Positions 56,359 through 64,000 of a DNA stretch of 64,000 bases are shown piece by piece. The translations under genes and the position numbers were made by a program. The notes beneath the pieces are model-generated. The model did no database searches. It was given only the letters and a program-made list of their open reading frames with translations, and was not told the origin of the DNA. Numbering within the stretch: position 1 is the first letter of the stretch; each line of letters opens with the position of its first letter. Origin of the DNA: Vulcanimicrobiota bacterium (GTDB lineage: Bacteria; Vulcanimicrobiota; Vulcanimicrobiia; Vulcanimicrobiales; Vulcanimicrobiaceae); contig OY968762.1 of the NCBI GenBank assembly GCA_963695225.1, forward strand, positions 1,856,001-1,920,000. Reading direction: 5' to 3'.

Positions 56359-57321
56359 CTATGCGATCGCCTGCAGCGGGCGGCGGCGAAGGTGCTGCAC
56401 CGTATACCCGATGCCGTCGTGGTAGGACGTCTTCGCAACCTGCCCGAGAAGCGCGCGCAGGCGCGAATCGTCGAGATTGACGGGACTGCTCTGCAAGTAG
56501 CTCATCTCGACGAGTTCGCGCATGAGCGGATTGAAATAGCCGAGCGCCGTCAGCATCGTGCGGTTCGCCGGGAGCAGCCGCGGCTTCGTCGCGGCCGAGC
56601 GGAAGACGTGCGTCGCAAAATCGCGGACGCTGATCAGCGCAGGCCCTGCGAGGTTCCAATGCGCGCCCCAGAAGGCGTCTTTCGCGATCGCATCGAGGAT
56701 GACGGGGCCGACGTCCGGCGTGTAGACGAACTCGTGCGGCGTATCGATCGGGGCGAGGACGTTCGCGATCTTCCCCGCCATGGCCGCCGCGAAGATCTGG
56801 TACGAGAGGCTCCCTTCGGCGTCGGGACCGTAGAAGTCGGGGAGGTGCAGGACGGCGCCGCGGATTCGGCCCGCGGTATGCGCCTCGAGGAGCAGGTCCT
56901 CTTGCTCCTTGCGGAACCGGCCTTTGCGGCTCGGCGGCGTCCGCGGGTAGGCCTCGTCGACGAGGCCGCCCGTCCCGGCGGCGTACGCGTACACGTTCGA
57001 AACGAGCAGGAGGGAGCGCACGCCCTCGGCTTGCGCCGCTTCCAGCGCCGTTCGCATCATCTGCGGGTGCAGCTCGAAATGGTCGTAGGGGACGCCGACC
57101 GTGTAGACGATCGTCTCGGCGCCGCGGGCCGCCCGCCGCGCCGACTCGAGATCCGTGAGGTCCGCGCCGACGAGTTCGTGCGGCGTTTCGAGGCGCCCGA
57201 ACGCATGCGAAAGCCGGGTCGTCGAACGGCCGACGGCGCGAAACGGGATATTCCGAGTTTCAAGTTCCGCGGCGACCGAACGTCCGATCGCGCCGGCTGC
57301 ACCGAAGATCGCAATCGACAT
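56359..57321 (-). CDS. NAD-dependent epimerase/dehydratase family protein
   Basis: FGAAGAIG, NVYAY, KGRFR, PDFYGP, RELVEMSYL. Confidence 0.85.
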   Translation of the reverse strand: MSIAIFGAAGAIGRSVAAELETRNIPFRAVGRSTTRLSHAFGRLETPHELVGADLTDLESARRAARGAETIVYTVGVPYDHFELHPQMMRTALEAAQAEGVRSLLLVSNVYAYAAGTGGLVDEAYPRTPPSRKGRFRKEQEDLLLEAHTAGRIRGAVLHLPDFYGPDAEGSLSYQIFAAAMAGKIANVLAPIDTPHEFVYTPDVGPVILDAIAKDAFWGAHWNLAGPALISVRDFATHVFRSAATKPRLLPANRTMLTALGYFNPLMRELVEMSYLQSSPVNLDDSRLRALLGQVAKTSYHDGIGYTVQHLRRRPLQAIA

Positions 57322-57587
57322 CGAGTTCTTTCCTCCGGGGGAAACGGCCGTCGAACCAGGTTTGCAAGTCGAGTTCCCGTTCCGGCCGGCCTTTACTCGG
57401 AGAAACGCGCCGGAACGCCGCCGGCGTTGCAGGCGTCGGAGAATTGATCCCCGCGAGCGGGCGCGCCGCGGGCGAACGTACCCGCTCGGCGAACGAGGCG
57501 GAGACCGGAAGCGCCCCACGAGGTCCCCGAATGACCGTTTCCCTTCCGAGCTCGCAGCGAGCCGTCGTCATCACGGGCCGCTAGGGC

Positions 57588-58748
57588 GTGTTCGCGAGGT
57601 TGCTCCCGATCCTCGGGATCACGTTCATCGACATCCTGGGATTCAGCATCCTGATCCCGATCTTGCCGTATTTCGTCGAGCACTTCGGCGCCTCGGACGT
57701 CGTCGTCGGGGTCCTGTTCTCGACCTACGCGCTCTGCCAGCTGATCGGCGGCCCGATCTGGGGGAACGTCAGCGACCGGATCGGGCGCAAGGCCGTGCTG
57801 ATCATCAGCCAGATCGGAGCGACGATCGGCTGGCTCATGCTCGCGTTCGCGCCGAACATCGTCGTCGTCTTCATCGCGCGCATCATCGAAGGGCTTGCCG
57901 GCGGGAACATCAGCGTCACGCAGGCGTACGTCGCCGATCGCGTCGAGGCGCATCAGCGTGCTCGCGCGTTCGGCTACGTCGGCGCGTCGTTCAGCGCGGG
58001 GCTCGTGATCGGCCCCGCCGCGGGCGGCTGGCTCCTAGGGAAGTACGGATTCTCGACGCCGTTCCTGCTCGCAGCGGGATTGCAACTGTGCACGGTGCTC
58101 GCGACGATCTTCTTCCTGCCCGAGAGCACGGCAAAGAAGGGGGAGGGCGAGGAAAGCGCCCGGCTCGCGGACATCCCGCGCTACCTGCGCGAGCCCGGCG
58201 TTTCGCCCGTCCTCATCCAGAAGTTCGCGTACGCGCTCGGCCTGTACGCGTGGTTCGCCGCGTTCGCGCTCGTGCTCAAGGCGCTGCTCGGATTCGACGC
58301 GTCGCAGGCGAGCTATTTCTTCGCCGCGTTCGGATTCGCGAGCGTCGTGATCCAGCTCGGACTCGTCGGCCGGCTGACCGAACGCATCGGCGTGCGCCGG
58401 GCCTCGAACGTCGGCTTCGCAAGCGCGGTCGCGTTCTTCGCGACGATCTCGTTCGCGCAGGGTCTCGTCGCGCTCGGCGCGACGATGCTTCTGTTCGCGC
58501 TCGGCCTCTCCCTGACGAACGCAACGATCGCGACGCTCCTGACGGATGCCGCTCCGCCGAACGCGCGCGGCACCGTCCTCGGCGTCGGTTCGTCGCTCGA
58601 GAGCATCGCCGGCGTCATCATGCCGACGGTCTCGACCGCCGCGCTCAGCTTGTACGGCGTCGGAGCTTGCGCGGCTGTCTCCGGCGTTTTCTGCGCGATC
58701 GCGCTCGCGCTCGGACTGGGCGCACGCCCCCAGGAGAAGCTCGCATGA
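57588..58748 (+). CDS. MFS transporter (TetA/DHA1-like)
   Basis: DILGFSILIPILP, motif A GNVSDRIGRKAVL, GGNISVTQAYVAD. Confidence 0.92.
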   Translation: MFARLLPILGITFIDILGFSILIPILPYFVEHFGASDVVVGVLFSTYALCQLIGGPIWGNVSDRIGRKAVLIISQIGATIGWLMLAFAPNIVVVFIARIIEGLAGGNISVTQAYVADRVEAHQRARAFGYVGASFSAGLVIGPAAGGWLLGKYGFSTPFLLAAGLQLCTVLATIFFLPESTAKKGEGEESARLADIPRYLREPGVSPVLIQKFAYALGLYAWFAAFALVLKALLGFDASQASYFFAAFGFASVVIQLGLVGRLTERIGVRRASNVGFASAVAFFATISFAQGLVALGATMLLFALGLSLTNATIATLLTDAAPPNARGTVLGVGSSLESIAGVIMPTVSTAALSLYGVGACAAVSGVFCAIALALGLGARPQEKLA

Positions 58749-59068
58749 AGAACCTTTATGCAGCGCTCGCCGTCGCCGGATTCTTCGCGCCGATCCTCAC
58801 GAGCGTGCCGTTCTCCCTGCAGCACGGCGCCGACCTCGGCCCCTTCCTAGCGCAATTCGCCGGAAGCGACGGCGCCCGGCTGCTGCTTGCCGACCTGTTC
58901 GTCTCCTCGCTCGCGTTCTGGGCATTCTTGTTCCCGGAGGCGCGCCGCGTGGGGATCCGCGGTCCCGGCTGGTTCGTCGCTGCGAATCTCGCGATCGGGC
59001 TGTGCTTCGCGCTGCCGTTGTTCCTCTACGTTCGCGCGCGGGCGCTGGAACGGCAGGCCCTCCGATGA
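58745..59068 (+). CDS. DUF2834-like small membrane protein
   Basis: ADLFVS...EARRVG...GLCFALPLFLYVR. Confidence 0.75.
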   Translation: MKNLYAALAVAGFFAPILTSVPFSLQHGADLGPFLAQFAGSDGARLLLADLFVSSLAFWAFLFPEARRVGIRGPGWFVAANLAIGLCFALPLFLYVRARALERQALR

Positions 59069-60036
59069 CGGGCGTGGAGTTCGCGCAAACTTCGGCGCCC
59101 GCGCCGGGTCAGACGAGCGTGGAAGCAGCGATCGAGGTCCAAGACCTCGTCAAGCGCTACGGAGACGTCGCCGCCGTCGCCGGCGTCAGCTTCTCCGTAC
59201 CCCGGGGGACGATCTTCGGCTTGCTCGGCCGAAACGGCGCGGGGAAGACGACGACGCTCGAATGTTGCATCGGGATCGGCGCGCCGACGTCCGGTTCCAT
59301 CCGAATCCTCGGCCTCGACCCGACGAAGCGCCGCGATCTCGCGCGCCTGCGCCCGCGCATCGGAGTGCAATTGCAGGCGACGTCGCTTCCCGAGAAGGCG
59401 AGCGTCGGGGAAGTCCTCGACCTCTACGCCGCCTATTACAGCCTCGTTCCGCAAGCTGCGGAGATGGCGCGGCGCGTCGGTCTCGAGGGGAAGCTCGACC
59501 GCCAAATCGCGCAGATGTCGGGCGGAGAGCAGCAACGCCTCGCGCTCGCGCTCGCGCTGCAACACGATCCGGAAGTCTTGTTCCTCGACGAGCCGACGGC
59601 CGGTATGGACGCGTTCGGCCGGCGGATCCTCTGGGGCGAGGTCGAGCGCCTGCGCGACGCCGGGAAGACGATCGTGCTCACGACGCACTACATCGAAGAG
59701 GCGGAACGGCTCTGCGATTGCATCTGCGTCGTGCAGAGCGGGAAGATCGTCGCGCAGGATACGCCCGCGAACCTCGTCGCGCGCTACGGCGGCGAGGCGA
59801 CCGTCTGCATCGCCGCCGATGGTTTTTCGCCGGACGTCGGCTTGACGGCGCTCGGCACCTGGACGAAGGACAAGGACGAGTGGACGCTCGTGACGCGCAA
59901 CGAGCCCGGGCTCGCGCTCGCTTCGGTCGTCACTCGGGCGAACGAGCTCGGCGCGAAGATCGGCTCGCTCGACATGCACCGCCCGCAGCTCGAGGATGCG
60001 TTCATCGCGATCACGGGCGAGACGATCGGAGATTGA
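59065..60036 (+). CDS. ABC-2 exporter ATP-binding protein
   Basis: GRNGAGKTT, MSGGEQQR, LFLDEPT, TTHYIEEAE. Confidence 0.95.
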   Translation: MTGVEFAQTSAPAPGQTSVEAAIEVQDLVKRYGDVAAVAGVSFSVPRGTIFGLLGRNGAGKTTTLECCIGIGAPTSGSIRILGLDPTKRRDLARLRPRIGVQLQATSLPEKASVGEVLDLYAAYYSLVPQAAEMARRVGLEGKLDRQIAQMSGGEQQRLALALALQHDPEVLFLDEPTAGMDAFGRRILWGEVERLRDAGKTIVLTTHYIEEAERLCDCICVVQSGKIVAQDTPANLVARYGGEATVCIAADGFSPDVGLTALGTWTKDKDEWTLVTRNEPGLALASVVTRANELGAKIGSLDMHRPQLEDAFIAITGETIGD

Positions 60037-60040
60037 ACGG

Positions 60041-60784
60041 ATGAACCTGCTACGGATGTTCTACGTGCAGACGAAGATGCACTTTCTCTGGTACTTCCGC
60101 CGCGACGGCGAGATGATGTTCTGGACGCTCGCGATGCCGGTGTTCTTTCTCGTACTCTTCTCGTTCGCGTTCTCGACGGGCCCGAACTCGAAATCTTCGG
60201 CCTTCCTCGTGCCCGGCATCATCGGCGCACAGGTGTTGAGCTCGGGGTTCTGGGGCGTCGGCGTGATGCTCGCGACGTTCCGCGAGAAGCATCTGCTGCG
60301 CCGCGTCTACCTGACGCCGATCCCGCCTTGGATCTTCTTCGCATCGCTCGTCGTGTACCGCATGACGCTGCTCGCGATTCAGGCGACCGTTCTCGTCACG
60401 GCGGGCGCGCTGCTCTTCCACGTGCGCATCATCGGCAACCCGTTCGAGATCCTCGCGATCCTGCTGCTCGGGACGGCGACGTTCGTCTCGCTCGGGACGA
60501 TCATCGGCGCGCTCGCGAGGACGACGGAGAGCGCGAACAACATCGCCTCGATCTTGACGGTGCCGCTCGCGTTCATCTCCGATGCCTACGTACCGATCGA
60601 TCGCTTCCCGCACGCGGTCAGCTCCGCGCTGCGCCTGCTCCCATCGACGCAGTTCATCGACATCTTCCGCTCCGTCTCCATCGACGGAAGTTCGCTGATG
60701 CAATTCGGGTGGTGGATCCTCGCGCTGTGCCTGTGGACGATCGCCGGAACCGTCGTGAGCGCGCGCACGTTCCGCTGGGTGTAA
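60041..60784 (+). CDS. ABC-2 exporter permease
   Basis: FWTLAMP, FLVPGII, REKHLLRR...TP; about 6 TM. Confidence 0.9.
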   Translation: MNLLRMFYVQTKMHFLWYFRRDGEMMFWTLAMPVFFLVLFSFAFSTGPNSKSSAFLVPGIIGAQVLSSGFWGVGVMLATFREKHLLRRVYLTPIPPWIFFASLVVYRMTLLAIQATVLVTAGALLFHVRIIGNPFEILAILLLGTATFVSLGTIIGALARTTESANNIASILTVPLAFISDAYVPIDRFPHAVSSALRLLPSTQFIDIFRSVSIDGSSLMQFGWWILALCLWTIAGTVVSARTFRWV

Positions 60785-60801
60785 GGGGGGAGCGTCCGCC
60801 G

Positions 60802-61371
60802 CTATTGCGGCGCGAGAGCCTTCACGTAGTCCTGCGGGAGTTGGAAGCGCACGTAGAGATACCCGGCGTCGTTCAGCTCGGTGCCGCCGCCGGAGTGAAG
60901 GAACATCTTGGTCAGCGGCTGCCCGCTCCATTCGGTGAGGGCGTAGACGACCTGGACGTGCTGTTTGGGGTGCAGGGTGACCGGCGCATCGTTGTAGCTC
61001 GAGGCGAGGAAGGTTCCAGCCGGGCTCCCCTCCTCGATTTGCGAGCCGTCGGCCAGTTCGAAGCCGATCTCCGACTGCGGCATGTCGATCGCATCGGAGT
61101 CGCTGGGGTTCTGGACCGTCACGGTGACCATGATGTAGCCCTTGTCGTGATCGAACCCGCCGGGGATCTTGTCGACCAGCTTGCGCCCGTCGGCATGCGC
61201 GACGGTTTCGATCTTGTCGACGCGCACGTTCATGCCGGCGAACGGGAAGTACTTACCGAGCTGCATCGTGGTGAGCTTCTTGATCCCGGCTGCGTCCGCA
61301 GGTTGCGGTAGTGCGAACGCCGCGCCGGCGAGTGCCAGGACGCAGGCCGCGAGAATCGCGCGAATACGCAT
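60802..61371 (-). CDS. Hypothetical secreted protein (DUF4352-like)
   Basis: Signal peptide ending ADA; YIMVTVTVQN, FELADGSQ. Confidence 0.6.
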   Translation of the reverse strand: MRIRAILAACVLALAGAAFALPQPADAAGIKKLTTMQLGKYFPFAGMNVRVDKIETVAHADGRKLVDKIPGGFDHDKGYIMVTVTVQNPSDSDAIDMPQSEIGFELADGSQIEEGSPAGTFLASSYNDAPVTLHPKQHVQVVYALTEWSGQPLTKMFLHSGGGTELNDAGYLYVRFQLPQDYVKALAPQ

Positions 61372-61580
61372 GAGCGTCTCCAAAGAAAGCGCATGGAAGA
61401 GAGGGCAGAACGAGCAAGGCATTCTCGCTTCCCACGCGCGTTCTTTCAACGCGCCGAAGCTCGCCGCCCGAAGCTCGCGAACGCCGGAAAAGAGCGGACT
61501 CGTTCACCGGCGAAGCGCTTTGCCATGAAGACCAGCGCGGAGCGTTGCGCCGGCAACGTTCCCCCGGGGAGGGCGGACGC

Positions 61581-62165
61581 GTGAAGAGCGCGCTCGTCCG
61601 CCGCATCGTGCTCGTCGCGGCGCTCGTCGCGCTCGCCGCCATTCCGGCGATCGCGCTCTACCGCTCGTACGCGCATCGGCCGAACCTCGCACCCGATTTC
61701 ACGTTGACCGATCAAACGGGGCGGAGGTTCGCGCTTTCGGCGCAGCGCGGCCGCGCCGTCGCGCTCTTCTTCGGATACGGGCATTGCCCCGACATCTGCC
61801 CGACGACGCTCGCAGCCCTCGCCCGAGCCCGGAAGAGCCTCGGCTCGCACGCAGGCGACGTCGAGATCGCGTTCGTCACGGTCGACCCGGAACGCGACAC
61901 GCCGGCAGTTCTCGGGAAGTACGTCGCGCTGTTCGATCCGTCGATCGTCGCGCTGACGGGAACGCCGGCCGAACTCGATCCGGTCTACAAAGCGTACTTC
62001 GTGTACCATGAGAAGCAGAAGCCGGACGGCTCCGCGAACGGGTACGCCGTTTCGCACAGCGCCGCCATCTACATGATCGACCGCTACGGCCGCCTTCGCA
62101 CGGTCGGGAGTTGGGACGACGATTACAAGACGCTCGCACGCACGCTCGAGGAGTTGCTATCGTGA
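61581..62165 (+). CDS. SCO family copper chaperone
   Basis: APDFTLTDQ, FFGYGHCPDICP, VTVDPERDT, VSHS. Confidence 0.93.
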   Translation: MKSALVRRIVLVAALVALAAIPAIALYRSYAHRPNLAPDFTLTDQTGRRFALSAQRGRAVALFFGYGHCPDICPTTLAALARARKSLGSHAGDVEIAFVTVDPERDTPAVLGKYVALFDPSIVALTGTPAELDPVYKAYFVYHEKQKPDGSANGYAVSHSAAIYMIDRYGRLRTVGSWDDDYKTLARTLEELLS

Positions 62166-62704
62166 AACGCACGCCCTTCCTTTCCGCCTTGCTCGCCGCG
62201 CCGTTCGGGCTCGCAACGCTCGGCGCCGCGGCGGACCCGGCCGTCACCGTCCGCGACGCCTGGTCGCGTCCCGCCGTCGACACGGGTGCCGCCTACTTCA
62301 CGATCGTCAACGCCGGGAAGGCCGACGATCGCCTCGTGGAAGCAACGAGCCCCGCCGCCGCGCACGTCGAACTGCACGAAGTGCTGCACGAGGCGCCGTC
62401 CGGCGCGAGCGGGATGCAAGGCCCTTCCGCCATGACGGGGATGAGCGGCGCCTCCGGCATGCCCGGCGCGATGGTGATGAAGCGCGTCGACGCGATCCTC
62501 GTCCCCGCCGGCGCGACGGTCACGCTCAAGCCGGGCGCGTATCACGTCATGTTGATCGGCCTGCGCAAGCCGCTCAAGGCAGGAGATACCGTGAACCTGC
62601 ACCTGCGCTTCGCGAAGGCCGGGACGATCGACGTGACCGCGCCGGTCCGCGAGGCGTCGATGCCGATGCAATCCGCACCCGCCTCCGCGGCGCCGATGCA
62701 CTGA
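62162..62704 (+). CDS. Copper chaperone PCu(A)C
   Basis: DAWSR, AAYFTI, VELHE, Met-rich loop, LKPGAYHVML. Confidence 0.92.
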   Translation: MKRTPFLSALLAAPFGLATLGAAADPAVTVRDAWSRPAVDTGAAYFTIVNAGKADDRLVEATSPAAAHVELHEVLHEAPSGASGMQGPSAMTGMSGASGMPGAMVMKRVDAILVPAGATVTLKPGAYHVMLIGLRKPLKAGDTVNLHLRFAKAGTIDVTAPVREASMPMQSAPASAAPMH

Positions 62705-62713
62705 GCGACCCGC

Positions 62714-63568
62714 TTATGCGGCGCTGGACTTCCGGCGCGCCGCCTTCTTCGGCTTCGTTTGCGACTCTTCGGCGCTCTCGCCTTCGGCTTCGCGGCGGCG
62801 TTTCGTCGCCTCGAGGCTCTTTTGCAGGACGTCCATCAGGTTCACGACGTTGTCGCGCATCGGCGCGGCCGGCGCGCTGACGGGGACCGTCTCGCCGGCG
62901 GCCTTCGCTTCGATCATCGCCATCAGCTCGCTGCGGTAGCGATCCTCGAACTTCTCCGGCTCGAACGTCCCCGCCATCGAATCGATCAGGAGTTTCGCGA
63001 CCTTCATCTCGTTCTCGGCCGGCGTCTCGCGCTTCGGCAACTCGAGCGTTTGCGTGCCGACGATCTCGTCGGCGAAGTGCATCAGGTTGAGCACCAGTGC
63101 GTCGCCGTTCGTTTCTACTGCGGCCAAATGCTCGCGCGAGCGGATCACGACGCGCGCGATCCCGACTTTGTTGCTCTCGCGCAACGCCTCGCGGAGCAGC
63201 GCGTACGCGTGGCGGCCTTTCTTCTCCGGCTCGAGATAATAGGGCTTGTCGAAGAACATCGGATTGATCTCGGCAAGGTCGACGAACTGCACGATGTCGA
63301 CCGACTGCGTCGCCTCGACGTTCACCCGCTTGAAATCTTCGTCGTCGAGCAGCACGTAGCGGCCCTTCTCGATTTCGTAGCCGCGCACGAGGTCGTCGTA
63401 GGCGACCTCCTCGCCGCACACGCTGCAGCGGCGGACGTTGTTGATCCGGCCCTCGTCTTTCTTGTGAAGGAAGTTGAAGCGCAGATCGTTCTCGCGGATG
63501 GCCGTGCGGAGTTTCACCGGGATCGCGACGAGCCCGAAATTGATCGCCCCGGACCAGATAGCTGCCAC
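62714..63568 (-). CDS. ku: Non-homologous end-joining protein Ku
   Basis: IWSGAINFGLVAIPVKL, RGYE, FDKPYYLEP, YALLREAL, VVNLMDVLQKSL; AAGGAG RBS. Confidence 0.96.
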   Translation of the reverse strand: MAAIWSGAINFGLVAIPVKLRTAIRENDLRFNFLHKKDEGRINNVRRCSVCGEEVAYDDLVRGYEIEKGRYVLLDDEDFKRVNVEATQSVDIVQFVDLAEINPMFFDKPYYLEPEKKGRHAYALLREALRESNKVGIARVVIRSREHLAAVETNGDALVLNLMHFADEIVGTQTLELPKRETPAENEMKVAKLLIDSMAGTFEPEKFEDRYRSELMAMIEAKAAGETVPVSAPAAPMRDNVVNLMDVLQKSLEATKRRREAEGESAEESQTKPKKAARRKSSAA

Positions 63569-63674
63569 GCTCGATTGCTCCTTTTCACCCCGCGCGGGTC
63601 TCGTCGCGAGACCGGCGAGCGCCGGGGCTCTTTCACTTATCCCTTCCCCCTCTTCATTCCGGCTCAAAGCCGAT

Positions 63675-64000
63675 CTAGGGGAGCCGAATGCCGGCGGCCC
63701 ACTTGCGGCGCGCCGACTCGAGGGGCTTCTCCAGGTCTTGCGGGAGCCAAGCGTCGGCCCAGGGGTCGCCGTGCGCGGCGACGAGCGCGGGCGCGGTCGC
63801 GATCGTGTAGGCCGCGAACGCCTTCGCGGCGTCCGGGTCCTTACTCGATGCGAGCGCTGCGACGGCCTCCCACGCGAGCGGCATCGAGACCGGCGCCCCG
63901 GGCCGGGCCCGGATGCTGAAGGGGACGACGACCGTCTTCCCTTCGCCGACCTGGACGTAATCGAGATAGACCGTCGCAACCGGGCGCTTCGCGGTCATGC
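63675..64000 (-). CDS. ligD: C-terminus of LigD polymerase/primase domain protein (truncated by window end)
   Basis: VYLDYVQVGEGKTVVVPFSIRARPGAPVSMPLAW...DPW; adjacent to ku. Confidence 0.8.
   Translation of the reverse strand, partial: MTAKRPVATVYLDYVQVGEGKTVVVPFSIRARPGAPVSMPLAWEAVAALASSKDPDAAKAFAAYTIATAPALVAAHGDPWADAWLPQDLEKPLESARRKWAAGIRLP

Noticed and set aside
1..64000. CRISPR array, rRNA, IS/transposase, integrase, prophage genes
   Set aside because: No regularly spaced repeats or recognisable motifs found by eye.

Overview
This is a gene-dense, high-GC bacterial chromosome segment. The content (Lnt, LptC/LptD-like proteins, a short 4-domain S1, Ku/LigD, a MalT-like STAND protein next to an S53 protease) gives the untested impression of a diderm Terrabacteria soil lineage such as Eremiobacterota/Vulcanimicrobiota. 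The backbone carries an lnt operon, an alpha-2-macroglobulin (A2M), polA/mutM/rpsA/coaE, pntAB, lrp-kdd-kamA, a single-chain lipoyl-E2-E1 2-oxoglutarate dehydrogenase, tRNA-Leu(CAG), an HtrA-like protease, an MFS/ABC exporter, SCO-PCuAC and ku-ligD. Two accessory blocks stand out. (1) A ~7.2 kb integrase-less cassette (S53 protease, HTH-deleted MalT-like STAND/TPR protein, HD-GYP, GGDEF-EAL) sits in the 3' end of the A2M gene. It is bounded by a 44-bp near-perfect direct repeat and followed by a second A2M C-terminus and a decayed copy of the EAL tail; this is the best candidate for an undescribed system. (2) A decaying island at the tRNA-Leu 3' end carries an AbiE toxin-antitoxin pair (toxin frameshifted), an NHL fragment and an unannotated 35-aa membrane peptide. 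rpsA probably starts at a non-canonical ATC codon. No CRISPR array, rRNA, transposase or integrase was seen. All product calls come from motif recognition by eye; no searches were run.
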